Below are positions 27,754-36,190 of a DNA stretch of 63,047 nt, piece after piece. This stretch comes from Gemmatimonadales bacterium. Its GTDB lineage: Bacteria > Gemmatimonadota > Gemmatimonadetes > Gemmatimonadales > GWC2-71-9. The notes below the pieces were generated by a model. It saw nothing but the letters and a program-made list of their open reading frames with translations. It made no database searches and was not told the DNA's origin. The stretch covers positions 1 through 63,047 of the forward strand of contig JABFSM010000054.1 of assembly GCA_013140635.1 (NCBI GenBank), written 5' to 3'. How positions within the stretch are numbered: position 1 is the stretch's first letter; every line of letters begins with the position of its first letter. A program made the position numbers and the translations under genes.

Positions 27754-28563
27754 ATGACGCCGAATCCTCCCCACTCGATCGAGGCAGAAGAGCGCTTCGA
27801 AATTCAGCGCCACAACGAGCTGTACGACCGGCAGAGGCCCCAAGAGCTCGGCATCATGACCCCCTGGGACTGGGAGCGGTTCGACCAGATCCTGGAGCGC
27901 ACCGACCCCTACATCGAGTCGGTACGCCGGCTGGGCGATCTTCGCGGTAAGCGGGTATTCGATGTCGGCTGCGGCAGCGGCTGGCTCAGCATCATCCTGG
28001 CCAAACGGGGTGCGTTGGTCGATGGGATGGACATCTCACCCGAGGCGGTGCGCACGGCGGAGCTGCGGTCGGCCCGGAACGGGGTGGGCGATCAGTGCCG
28101 TTTTCGCGCCGGTTCGTGTTACGAACTCCCCTATGAAGACGGCCGCTTCGAGGTCGTCGCCGGCCAGAGCATTCTCCATCACGTCGGTGACAAGGCGAGG
28201 GCCGCCGCGGAATTGTTTCGGGTGATGCGCCCCAGCGCGCACGCCGTTTTCCACGAGCCGTTCGGCAACAGCCTGATGATGGAGCGGCTCCGGCGCCTGG
28301 TGCCGGTGCCGTCAGGCTCCCCCGACGATCCGGAGCAGTGGTCTCACCAGTTCAAATACAGCGACCTCCCACCCTTCCGGGCGCACTTCGAGGTCGAGAT
28401 CGAGGAATTCCAGTTCTTCTCGCGTCTCGATCGGGTCATCCGGTCGCCGAAGGTGCGGCTCGCCCTGGGACGCTTCGATCGTGCGCTTCTTGCCAAGGTC
28501 GGCTTTCTCCGGCAGTACGCCCGGGCGATCGTGATTGTCCTGCGGAAGCCACCCGCCCGCTAA
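27754..28563 (+). CDS. Class I SAM-dependent methyltransferase
   Basis: The ATG at 27754 lies in frame within listed ORF 27571..28563. Motif I: VFDVGCGSGWLSIILAKRGALVDGMDIS. Also FEVVAGQSILHHV. Confidence 0.8.
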   Translation: MTPNPPHSIEAEERFEIQRHNELYDRQRPQELGIMTPWDWERFDQILERTDPYIESVRRLGDLRGKRVFDVGCGSGWLSIILAKRGALVDGMDISPEAVRTAELRSARNGVGDQCRFRAGSCYELPYEDGRFEVVAGQSILHHVGDKARAAAELFRVMRPSAHAVFHEPFGNSLMMERLRRLVPVPSGSPDDPEQWSHQFKYSDLPPFRAHFEVEIEEFQFFSRLDRVIRSPKVRLALGRFDRALLAKVGFLRQYARAIVIVLRKPPAR

Positions 28564-29225
28564 CGGCCCGACTCACCACCCTCAGTTGCCGCCGCCGGCC
28601 GCCGTGCCTGGAGCCATGTCGCCAGTTGCAGCGCGTCTCGCTCCACCGCTTTGAACAGACGTGTGGCCTCGGGCTCATCTGCCGCGTATGGGTCGGGAAT
28701 GTCGGTGCCGCGATAGACGCCGCCCAGATCCACGCCGCCAAGGAGCACCACCCGGTCGTGGCCGCTAGGTGCGCGCGCCAGGATCTCCGCTTCGATCCCA
28801 TGGTCCAACGCCACGATGAGGTCGGCCCGGGATACCAGGGCGTAGTCGAAGGCCTGCGCCCGGTGGTCGGCTAGGGATAGCCCGAGGGTCCGGGCGTACG
28901 CGGCGGCGCGAGGGTCGGCCCCGGTGCCCGGCTTGGCGTTGATCCCCGCCGAAGTGACCGACACCGTCGTTCCCTCCTTGAGCCGGGCTCGCACGATGGC
29001 TTCCGCCAAAGCACTCCGCATGATGTTGCCGCGGCATACGAAGATGACCAGAGCCGGGTTGCCCAACCGCTCGGGGAATCGGTCCAGCTTTGAGAGGAGC
29101 CGGCGGGCAAGCACTCTCCGAATGAAGATCGTCCGCGAGCGGAGGGTGGGCAGCGCACGAAGCTGACCGACGAAAGCGGCCAGTCCGGGGGCTACCCGTT
29201 TGATGTGACGGCGAAGAGTGCTCAC
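28560..29225 (-). CDS. Low-molecular-weight protein-tyrosine phosphatase (Wzb-like) with an N-terminal extension
   Basis: C-x5-R-S loop VIFVCRGNIMRS and IPDPY. I chose the GTG at 29225 because the upstream 61 codons of listed ORF 28560..29408 lie in low-GC, non-coding-looking sequence. The start is uncertain. Confidence 0.7.
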   Translation of the reverse strand: MSTLRRHIKRVAPGLAAFVGQLRALPTLRSRTIFIRRVLARRLLSKLDRFPERLGNPALVIFVCRGNIMRSALAEAIVRARLKEGTTVSVTSAGINAKPGTGADPRAAAYARTLGLSLADHRAQAFDYALVSRADLIVALDHGIEAEILARAPSGHDRVVLLGGVDLGGVYRGTDIPDPYAADEPEATRLFKAVERDALQLATWLQARRPAAATEGGESGR

Positions 29226-29409
29226 CCGCCGAAAAGTCGTGGAATGCCTTGGCCAATTCAATGTGCGCCTGGTGCCGAGATCCAAGATAGGGGCAGAGAA
29301 CTGTCCTATCGTGGAACTGTATACGCTGCAATTACTTATGGCGTATTGCCCCCGAGGTGGCCGGTTCCGCCCCTTGGACCAAGCCACCGCGACAGCGCGG
29401 GGTCTCATT

Positions 29410-29425
29410 CGGCATAGGGTTTGCT
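29410..29425 (+). promoter_or_regulatory. Candidate sigma-54 promoter for the PqqD-B2-NTase-ABC operon
   Basis: CGGCAT-AGGGT-TTGCT, with GG at 29411-12 and GC at 29423-24. It lies 46 nt upstream of the ATG at 29471. It shares the -24/-12 hexamers with the site at 27581-95. Confidence 0.55.
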
Positions 29426-29470
29426 AAGTCCTTGGCCTAGTTCTGGATGCGCACCTAATCGGGATCGACG

Positions 29471-29737
29471 ATGACCACATACCGCCGCCACGCCGATCTT
29501 CGACTTACTTCCCTCGAAGGTGAAGGCGTCGTCCTCCACCTCGGCGCCCGGCGCTATTTCACCGTTACAGAGAGCGGACTCACCATCCTCGAAGCGCTGG
29601 TCGAGCCGAAGAGCTTCGACGCGCTCGTCGAGGCGATCCTCCACGAGTACGAGATCGACCGGCCCAAGGCCGAAGAGAGCACCCGCAAGTTCCTGGACGA
29701 GTGCCTCAAGGCCGCGTTGGTGGAAGAAGTGCCGTGA
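29471..29737 (+). CDS. PqqD-family protein (RiPP recognition element / lasso B1-like peptide chaperone)
   Basis: 88 aa. Motif: LEGEGVVLHLGARRYFTVTESGLTILEALVEPKSFDALVEAIL. This matches the typical PqqD/RRE length and pattern. Confidence 0.8.
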   Translation: MTTYRRHADLRLTSLEGEGVVLHLGARRYFTVTESGLTILEALVEPKSFDALVEAILHEYEIDRPKAEESTRKFLDECLKAALVEEVP

Positions 29738-30159
29738 CACGGTCCGGGGTCATGCGCTGGCGGATCCGGACCGTCGGAACCGTGCTGGTGGTGCCTCCGC
29801 TCTTGCACCTGCTGCCCCTGCACCGGTTGGCGCCTCGCCTGGGGCGCGGGAGGCGCTACCCATCCGATCCGGTGCTCACCGAGCGGATCGTCGGCTGGGT
29901 CGACCGGCTGCTCTGGCGTCTGCCCTGGCCCTGGCGTTTCACCTGCCTCAAGCGCGCCGCCGTCCTCTACGCGTTGCTCCGCCGCACCGGGATCGACATC
30001 GAGCTCTGGATCGGCGTCCGGCGCGACGAAACCCGGAGCCTGGCCGCGCACGCCTGGCTCGTGCATAACGGCTCTCCGTTTCTCGAGACCGGCGCCGAGC
30101 ACATTCCGTCGTTTCAGGTGATCGCCCGCTTTCCCGAAGCCGGCGCGGCCGTCCGATGA
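29734..30159 (+). CDS. Transglutaminase-like cysteine protease of the lasso-peptide B2 type
   Basis: The GTG at 29734 overlaps the pqqD-like stop (GTGA). Motif: FTCLKRAAVLYALLRRTGIDIELWIGVRRD...LAAHAWLVHNGSPF, the Cys...His core of McjB-C-terminal/B2 proteins. Confidence 0.75.
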   Translation: MTRSGVMRWRIRTVGTVLVVPPLLHLLPLHRLAPRLGRGRRYPSDPVLTERIVGWVDRLLWRLPWPWRFTCLKRAAVLYALLRRTGIDIELWIGVRRDETRSLAAHAWLVHNGSPFLETGAEHIPSFQVIARFPEAGAAVR

Positions 30160-31277
30160 CGCACCCCCCCATCGCGCTCCTGCTCCGCACCCTCCGGCTC
30201 CAGGGAGGCCTCACCGATCGGGAAGCGGCCGCGGAGTGGGCGCGGGTCGATATCCACGGGCTCGAGCGGCTGCTGGCGTTCGAGGGGGCGGCGCTCTGGC
30301 TTTACCGCCGACTGCAGGCGCTCGGTGCGGCTTCCGCGCCGGCCGGCGCGGAGGCGTTGCGCGCACTGGCCCATGGCATTGCGATGGCCAACATGCGTGC
30401 CGACGAGGAAGCCGCCGCGGTGCTCGCCCTGCTCGGCCGGGCCGGCATTCCGGTGGCTCTCATCAAGGGCCAGGCCCGCCGCGCCGCCGCGGAGCGATAC
30501 CCCTTTGCCAATGCGCGCGCCGTGGCCGATGTCGATCTGCTGGTGCCGGACGACGCGGCCGACCGGGGCTTCGAGCTGCTCGTGGCGGAGGGGTACGAGC
30601 CGAGCTTCGGCTGGGCGAGTCCCTGGAAGGTGGAACACCACCGCCCCGCGCTCTGGAATCACCGGCGGGTGGCCGTGGAACTCCACACCACCACCGGCGA
30701 TACCGTCCCGCCGGCGGAGGCGTGGCGCCGCGCCACGGCCCTGGCCGACGGCGTCACCTGGAACGGCGCCCCCCACCGCGTGCCTAACGCCACCGAACTG
30801 GTGTGGCAGGCGGCCGCCCACGCCCTCGGCGACGGAACCAAGGGGTACACGCTGAAGGCGTTCCTCAACGCGGCGGCGGTGCTGGCCCGCGCGCCGGAGA
30901 TCCGCTGGGACACGATCCGGGAGCGGATCGATGCCGGGGAAGTGGTCGATCTCCGCTCCAGGCGGCGGGTGCCGAAAGCGCGCCTCTGGAGCTGGCTTCG
31001 CACCGCCCAGGATCTGGCCGGCGGCCCCCTTCCCGGCATCCTGGCCGGCGCCGTTCCCTTTCCGCTCGAGCGCCATCTGGTGTGGCGCGCGGCGGTGTTG
31101 AACCGAGGGTTTGGGGAACGGGTCCGGGAACGGCTGCTCGAAGAGGGGGCCCGGACCGAGGCGCGGATGAGTCTCAGCCCCGCCGTGGCGGGCTCCGGGC
31201 CGATGCAGCGGCTCCGGCGACGGGGGTCCTCCCTGGCCGCGCGGCTGCTCTATAACGGGTGGCTCGCGTGGCGATAA
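30156..31277 (+). CDS. Uncharacterised nucleotidyltransferase family protein (NTP_transf_5-like)
   Basis: ATGA overlap with the B2 gene. Motifs VADVDLLVPDDAADRGFELLVAEGY and VAVELHTT. This family is recurrent in lasso and HprK-related cassettes. Confidence 0.7.
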   Translation: MTHPPIALLLRTLRLQGGLTDREAAAEWARVDIHGLERLLAFEGAALWLYRRLQALGAASAPAGAEALRALAHGIAMANMRADEEAAAVLALLGRAGIPVALIKGQARRAAAERYPFANARAVADVDLLVPDDAADRGFELLVAEGYEPSFGWASPWKVEHHRPALWNHRRVAVELHTTTGDTVPPAEAWRRATALADGVTWNGAPHRVPNATELVWQAAAHALGDGTKGYTLKAFLNAAAVLARAPEIRWDTIRERIDAGEVVDLRSRRRVPKARLWSWLRTAQDLAGGPLPGILAGAVPFPLERHLVWRAAVLNRGFGERVRERLLEEGARTEARMSLSPAVAGSGPMQRLRRRGSSLAARLLYNGWLAWR

Positions 31278-33103
31278 AGGCGGGGATCACCGCCGGCCTC
31301 ACCCATTTTCGCTCGTTGCTCCGCGCGCATCCGCGCCTCGTCGTTCGCTTCGTCCTGACCTCCCTCGGCCGCTCCGCCGCCGGCCTCGGGACCATCCTCT
31401 TGACGCGCGACTTTCTTGCCGGGGTGCTCGACCGAAGCGCCGGGGCGGGAAGCGGTCCGGCGCTTTCCCTCTGGGGCATCGCCGGCCTCCTGTTCGCCTC
31501 GTTCCTCTTTTCGAGCCTGCTCGCCTTCGACAATCGCGTCACCCAGCAGCGAATGGTGAAGGTCTTGGAGCTCGGGATGATGGAGCGGGTGATCCGCCAT
31601 CTGCTGCGGCTCTCGGTGGCGTTCTTCGACCGGCAGAGCCACGGCGATCTGCTCCAGGCGGTGCGCCAGGACGTGATGGCGCTCCGGACCCTCGTCTTCG
31701 CGCTGGCGGGGATCACCCTCGAAGCGGTCGGCGCGCTGGGGCTCTTCCTGGCCGCGCTCTGGCTCAGCCCGCGCCTGACGCTCTGGGCGCTGGTCGTGCT
31801 TCCGCTCTGCAGCATCCCCGTCATCGTCGCGGCCCGCCGGGCTCTGGCCCGGTCTCGCGAGCTCCGCCGCACCGGCTACGTGCTGTTCGACGCGATTCTT
31901 CAGCTCCTTCGCGGCATCCGGATCATCAAGGTGTACGGGGGCGACGAGGCCGAAGCGCGCACCACGATGGAAAAGGGGCGTCGTTACTTCGACGAGCTCA
32001 TCGAGATGGTCCGGATCAGCTCATATGCCCAGGTCGTGCTGGAAACGATCGGCGGGCTCGGGCTTGTCATCGTGGTGGTGGTGGGCGGCTTCGACGTGAT
32101 GGCCGGCCGGCTCGACTGGCCCTCCCTGCTCGCCTTTCTCCTGGCGCTCCGCGCGCTCTTCGGACCGGTCAACAACATCAACAGCGGGCTGGTGGCGCTG
32201 GGCGGGTTGGGTGCCTCGGTTGAGCGGGTCTCCGAGCTCCTTGCCACGACACCCGAGGTTCCCGAAGCGGCGGATGCCGACCCCCTTCCTCTTCCCCCTG
32301 CTCTGATCTCCTTCGACCGAGTCGGTTTTGCGTACCGCAACGAGCCGGTGCTCCGGGATGTCTCTTTTTCGGTGCGGGCCGGCGAAACGCTCGGGATCGC
32401 CGGGCCTTCAGGATCGGGGAAGACGACGCTCCTCAACCTCGTCGCGCGTTTCTACGATCCGGCCGAGGGGGCGATACGGTTCGATGGGAAGAATCTGACG
32501 GAGATCCGGCTTGCCGACCTCTATGCCAACTTGGGTATCGTGACCCAGGAGCCCTTCCTTTTTGCCACGACGGTCCGCGAAAACATCCGCTGCGGACGCC
32601 CCGCCGCGGCGGATGGTGAGGTCGAGGAGGCCGCCCGCGCAGCGGGAATTCATGAGGAGATTCTCGCCTTGTCGGGAGGCTACGAGACGGTCGTCGGCGT
32701 TGGCGGCGTCGGGCTCTCCGGCGGCCAAGCCCAGCGAATCAACATCGCCCGCGCGCTGGTGAAGAACCCGCCGATCCTCCTCCTCGACGAGGCCACCGCG
32801 AGCCTCGACTCGATGTCCGAGCTCGTGGTGCAGCAGGCATTGGAGCGGCTCATGGTCGGTCGCACGACCTTCGTGGTGGCGCATCGCCTCTCAACGCTGC
32901 GCCATGCCTCTCGCATTCTGGTGCTGGAAGGAGGACGCATTGCCGGTCTCGGACCCCATGGTGAGCTCCTCGAGACCTGTCCCCTCTACCGGAGAATGTG
33001 GGACCTTCAGCAACTAGCGGGAATGGAGCCAGCCCCTATTGGGAATACTGTTGCACTTGTGCAGCAAATACCCGATTTTCCCCCTCAGATTGGACCCTCC
33101 TGA
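31259..33103 (+). CDS. ABC exporter, fused TMD-NBD half-transporter (MsbA/McjD-like)
   Basis: Six N-terminal helices. Walker A GPSGSGKTT, signature LSGGQAQR, Walker B ILLLDEATASLD. It overlaps the NTase stop. Confidence 0.85.
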   Translation: MARVAIKAGITAGLTHFRSLLRAHPRLVVRFVLTSLGRSAAGLGTILLTRDFLAGVLDRSAGAGSGPALSLWGIAGLLFASFLFSSLLAFDNRVTQQRMVKVLELGMMERVIRHLLRLSVAFFDRQSHGDLLQAVRQDVMALRTLVFALAGITLEAVGALGLFLAALWLSPRLTLWALVVLPLCSIPVIVAARRALARSRELRRTGYVLFDAILQLLRGIRIIKVYGGDEAEARTTMEKGRRYFDELIEMVRISSYAQVVLETIGGLGLVIVVVVGGFDVMAGRLDWPSLLAFLLALRALFGPVNNINSGLVALGGLGASVERVSELLATTPEVPEAADADPLPLPPALISFDRVGFAYRNEPVLRDVSFSVRAGETLGIAGPSGSGKTTLLNLVARFYDPAEGAIRFDGKNLTEIRLADLYANLGIVTQEPFLFATTVRENIRCGRPAAADGEVEEAARAAGIHEEILALSGGYETVVGVGGVGLSGGQAQRINIARALVKNPPILLLDEATASLDSMSELVVQQALERLMVGRTTFVVAHRLSTLRHASRILVLEGGRIAGLGPHGELLETCPLYRRMWDLQQLAGMEPAPIGNTVALVQQIPDFPPQIGPS

Positions 33104-33114
33104 GGCCCTCTATG

Positions 33115-33130
33115 TGGCAAGGTTCCTGCA
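33115..33130 (+). promoter_or_regulatory. Candidate sigma-54 promoter for the nucleotide-sugar operon
   Basis: TGGCAA-GGTTC-CTGCA(T). It lies 57 nt upstream of the ATG at 33187. A TGCACttGTGCA palindrome lies at 33052-33063. Confidence 0.55.
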
Positions 33131-33186
33131 TAGGAACTGATTGATCCAGAATCATTTGCACGATTCCCCCCAACGCTGAGCAGGAA

Positions 33187-34320
33187 ATGACGGCCGCGGC
33201 CACCAAGATTCCAGCGCTGCCCGCGCTGCTAGACCAGGATCTCTCGTTTATTCAGGGCCAGTTGCGGTCTGAGCTGACGGAGCTTGCCGGCCGCCGGATA
33301 TTGATCACCGGCGGGGCCGGCTTTTTGGGGTACTACCTCGTTCAGGCGTTGGACCATTGGAATCGGTCTGCACCTTCAGCCGACCGTATTGCCATCACCG
33401 TCTTCGACAACTTGAAGCGTGGCGAGCCGCGCTGGCTCACCGATCTCGCGGCCGGGAAGCGGCTGACGCTCGCCCGGCATGACATGCGAGAGCCGCTTCC
33501 GGCCGACATGGCGGCCTTCGAGTACATCATTCACGCCGCCGGTATCGCGTCGCCGACATTCTACCGGCGGTTTCCCATCGAGACGATGGACGCGAATATC
33601 AACGGGCTCCGCGCCTTGCTCGAGTACGCCCGAGCCCGGCAGGAGAGCGCCGATCCGGTTCGCGGATTCCTTTTCTTCTCCAGTTCGGAGATCTACGGGG
33701 ATCCGCCCGCCGAGTGGATCCCAACGCCGGAGCACTACCGCGGCAATGTCTCCTGCACCGGCCCCCGCGCTTGTTATGACGAATCGAAGCGGTACGGCGA
33801 AACGTTGTGCGTGGAGTTTGCGCGGGTCTACGGGCTCCCGATTACCGCCGCGCGCCCCTTCAACAATTTCGGGCCGGGGCTCAAGATTTCCGACCGGCGG
33901 GTGATTCCCGATTTTGCCGCGGACATTCTCGCGGGCCGGGACATCGTGCTCCTCTCCGACGGCAAACCTTCCCGGACCTTTTGCTACGTGGCCGATGCGG
34001 TCGCCGGCTATCACAAGGTGCTGGTCCGGGGCCGCCCGGGAGAGGCGTACAACATCGGTATCGAGACGCCCGAAATCACCATGGCCGAATTGGCCGCGCG
34101 GATGGTGGAGATCGGCCGGGAGCTGGTCGGCTATTCGGGAAAGGTCGTCTTGGGGGCGAGCGCCGAAGCGGCGTATCTGGAAGACAATCCGGCGCGGCGG
34201 TGTCCCTCGATTCAGAAGGCCCGTGAGCATATCGGCTACGCGCCGGCGATCACGCTGGACGAGGGGCTCCGCCGAAGCTTCGCTTGGTACACGCACCATC
34301 GTCAGGGCAGCGACGCCTGA
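33187..34320 (+). CDS. NAD-dependent epimerase/dehydratase (extended SDR; UDP-glucuronate decarboxylase-like)
   Basis: Motifs ILITGGAGFLGYYL and YDESKRYGE (YxxxK). 377 aa. Confidence 0.8.
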   Translation: MTAAATKIPALPALLDQDLSFIQGQLRSELTELAGRRILITGGAGFLGYYLVQALDHWNRSAPSADRIAITVFDNLKRGEPRWLTDLAAGKRLTLARHDMREPLPADMAAFEYIIHAAGIASPTFYRRFPIETMDANINGLRALLEYARARQESADPVRGFLFFSSSEIYGDPPAEWIPTPEHYRGNVSCTGPRACYDESKRYGETLCVEFARVYGLPITAARPFNNFGPGLKISDRRVIPDFAADILAGRDIVLLSDGKPSRTFCYVADAVAGYHKVLVRGRPGEAYNIGIETPEITMAELAARMVEIGRELVGYSGKVVLGASAEAAYLEDNPARRCPSIQKAREHIGYAPAITLDEGLRRSFAWYTHHRQGSDA

Positions 34321-35669
34321 TGCGGGTCGCCATCATCGGTGCCGGATACGTCGGGCTGGTCAGCGGCGTCTGCTTGGCCGAGCAGGGGCATCAGGTGACC
34401 TGCGTGGACCTGGACCCCGCGAAGGTCGCGCGCATCAACGCCGGCGAGCCGCCGATTCACGAGAACGGCCTCGGCGAGTTGCTTCGCCGGCATGTCGGAC
34501 GGGGTTTCCGCGCCACGACCGATCTGGCCGCCGCGGTCCGCGGCGCCGAACTGACCATGATCGCGGTAGGGACGCCGTTCGACGGCCACCGTATCGACCT
34601 TACGGCCGTGACGGCCGCGAGCCGAGAGATCGGCGCGGCGCTGCGAGGAGTCGACGCCTATCACGTCGTCGTCGTGAAGAGCACCGTGGTGCCGGGCACG
34701 ACCGAAACGACGGTGCGCCGGGGCGTCGAGGAGGGATCGGGCAAGGTGGCGGGGCAGGGGTTCGGCTTGGGCATGAATCCCGAGTTTCTCACCGAAGGAC
34801 AGGCGGTGGAGGATTTTCTCCACCCCGATCGGATCGTTCTCGGCGGCATCGACGAGCGAACGCTGAACCGGATGGCGGAGCTCTACCAGGGATTTGCCGG
34901 GGTTCCCGTCGTACGGACCAACCCGCGCACCGCGGAAATGATCAAGTACGCCTCGAACGCCATGCTGGCCACCGCTATTTCGTTCAGCAACGATCTGGCC
35001 GGCCTCTGCACGCTGCTGGGAGAGATCGACATCGCCGAGGTCATGCAGGGCGTCCATCTTTCCGCCTACCTCTCGCCGGCGCTCGAGGACGGCACCCGGA
35101 TTCGCGCCCCGCTCGCCTCCTTCTACGACGCCGGCTGCGGCTTCGGCGGCAGCTGCCTGCCGAAGGACGTCAAGGCGCTCGTGGCGCAGGGAGCCGAGTT
35201 GGGCCACCCGCTTCGGGTGCTCCAAGCGGTGCTGGACGTCAATCGGGACCAAAGCCACGAAGTGCTCCGGCTGCTTCGCAAGCATCATCCGACGCTTCGC
35301 GATCTGCGGGTGACCGTTCTCGGCCTGGCCTTCAAGCCGGATACCGACGACGTCCGCGAATCCCCCGGCCTTCGAATCGTCGAACTGCTCCTCGATGAGG
35401 GGGCGCGGGTTACCGGATACGATCCGGCCGCGCGTCCCGCGCTCAACGGACGCCATCCCGCCACCGCCCTGACGCTCGCTCCCGACCTCGCTGTGGCGAT
35501 AGGCGGTGCCGAGGCGATCGTGATCGCGACTCGGTGGGATGAATTCCGCCGGCTTCCCCGCCTGCTGGACGGCGTGGTGCCGCAGCCCCTCGTGGTCGAC
35601 GGGCGGCGGCTGTTGCCGCCGAAGAGCGTGTCACGTTATGAAGGGATCGGACGGGGGATGCCGGCGTGA
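34320..35669 (+). CDS. ugd: UDP-glucose/GDP-mannose 6-dehydrogenase family protein
   Basis: The ATG at 34320 overlaps the upstream TGA. Motifs MRVAIIGAGYVGLVSG and GFGGSCLPKD (catalytic Cys). Confidence 0.85.
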   Translation: MRVAIIGAGYVGLVSGVCLAEQGHQVTCVDLDPAKVARINAGEPPIHENGLGELLRRHVGRGFRATTDLAAAVRGAELTMIAVGTPFDGHRIDLTAVTAASREIGAALRGVDAYHVVVVKSTVVPGTTETTVRRGVEEGSGKVAGQGFGLGMNPEFLTEGQAVEDFLHPDRIVLGGIDERTLNRMAELYQGFAGVPVVRTNPRTAEMIKYASNAMLATAISFSNDLAGLCTLLGEIDIAEVMQGVHLSAYLSPALEDGTRIRAPLASFYDAGCGFGGSCLPKDVKALVAQGAELGHPLRVLQAVLDVNRDQSHEVLRLLRKHHPTLRDLRVTVLGLAFKPDTDDVRESPGLRIVELLLDEGARVTGYDPAARPALNGRHPATALTLAPDLAVAIGGAEAIVIATRWDEFRRLPRLLDGVVPQPLVVDGRRLLPPKSVSRYEGIGRGMPA

Positions 35670-36190
35670 TCTTCGATCCGACGCCGATTCCGGGGGCCTA
35701 CGTCGTAACGCCCGAGCCGCTTCGGGACGAGCGCGGGTCCTTCGCGCGGGTCTGGTGCCGCGAGGAGTTCGCCCGCCACGGGCTCGCGGACGTGGTCGCG
35801 CAAATCAATGTCGGCGTGAGCCCCAAGGCCGGCACGCTGCGTGGGCTTCACTACCAGGTGCCGCCTTATCAGGAAGCGAAGCTGGTCTGCTGCACGCGCG
35901 GGGCGGCGTTCGACGTCGTGGTCGGTCTCCGCAAGGGCTCTCCGGCCTACGGGACATGGCACGGAGTCGCGCTCGACCCCGGCGCGGACCGGATGCTCTA
36001 TGTGCCGGAGGAATGCGCGCACGGATACCTCACGCTCGTCGACGACACGGAGGTACGGTACCAGGCGTCGACGCCATACTCCTCGGCGGCCTCACGCGGG
36101 GTTCGGTTCGATGACCCGGCGCTCGGGATCGCCTGGCCGCGGCCGATCGAGGTGGTCTCCGCCCGCGACGCCGCGTGGCCCGCCCTATGA
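35666..36190 (+). CDS. dTDP/CDP-4-dehydro-6-deoxysugar 3,5-epimerase (RmlC-like cupin)
   Basis: GTGA overlap with the upstream gene. Motifs IPGAYVVTPEPLRDERGSFARVW and LRGLHYQ. Confidence 0.8.
   Translation: MIFDPTPIPGAYVVTPEPLRDERGSFARVWCREEFARHGLADVVAQINVGVSPKAGTLRGLHYQVPPYQEAKLVCCTRGAAFDVVVGLRKGSPAYGTWHGVALDPGADRMLYVPEECAHGYLTLVDDTEVRYQASTPYSSAASRGVRFDDPALGIAWPRPIEVVSARDAAWPAL

Noticed and set aside
29218-29427. 69-aa plus-strand ORF (and a nested 29-aa MAYCPRGGRF... ORF) just upstream of the PqqD gene, considered as an alternative precursor peptide.
   Set aside because: Only ~64% of third positions are G/C, against ~86% for the 57161-57313 ORF and other genes here. There is no SD, it ends inside the -24/-12 promoter candidate, and it has no lasso-type leader motif. 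It cannot be fully excluded without expression data.
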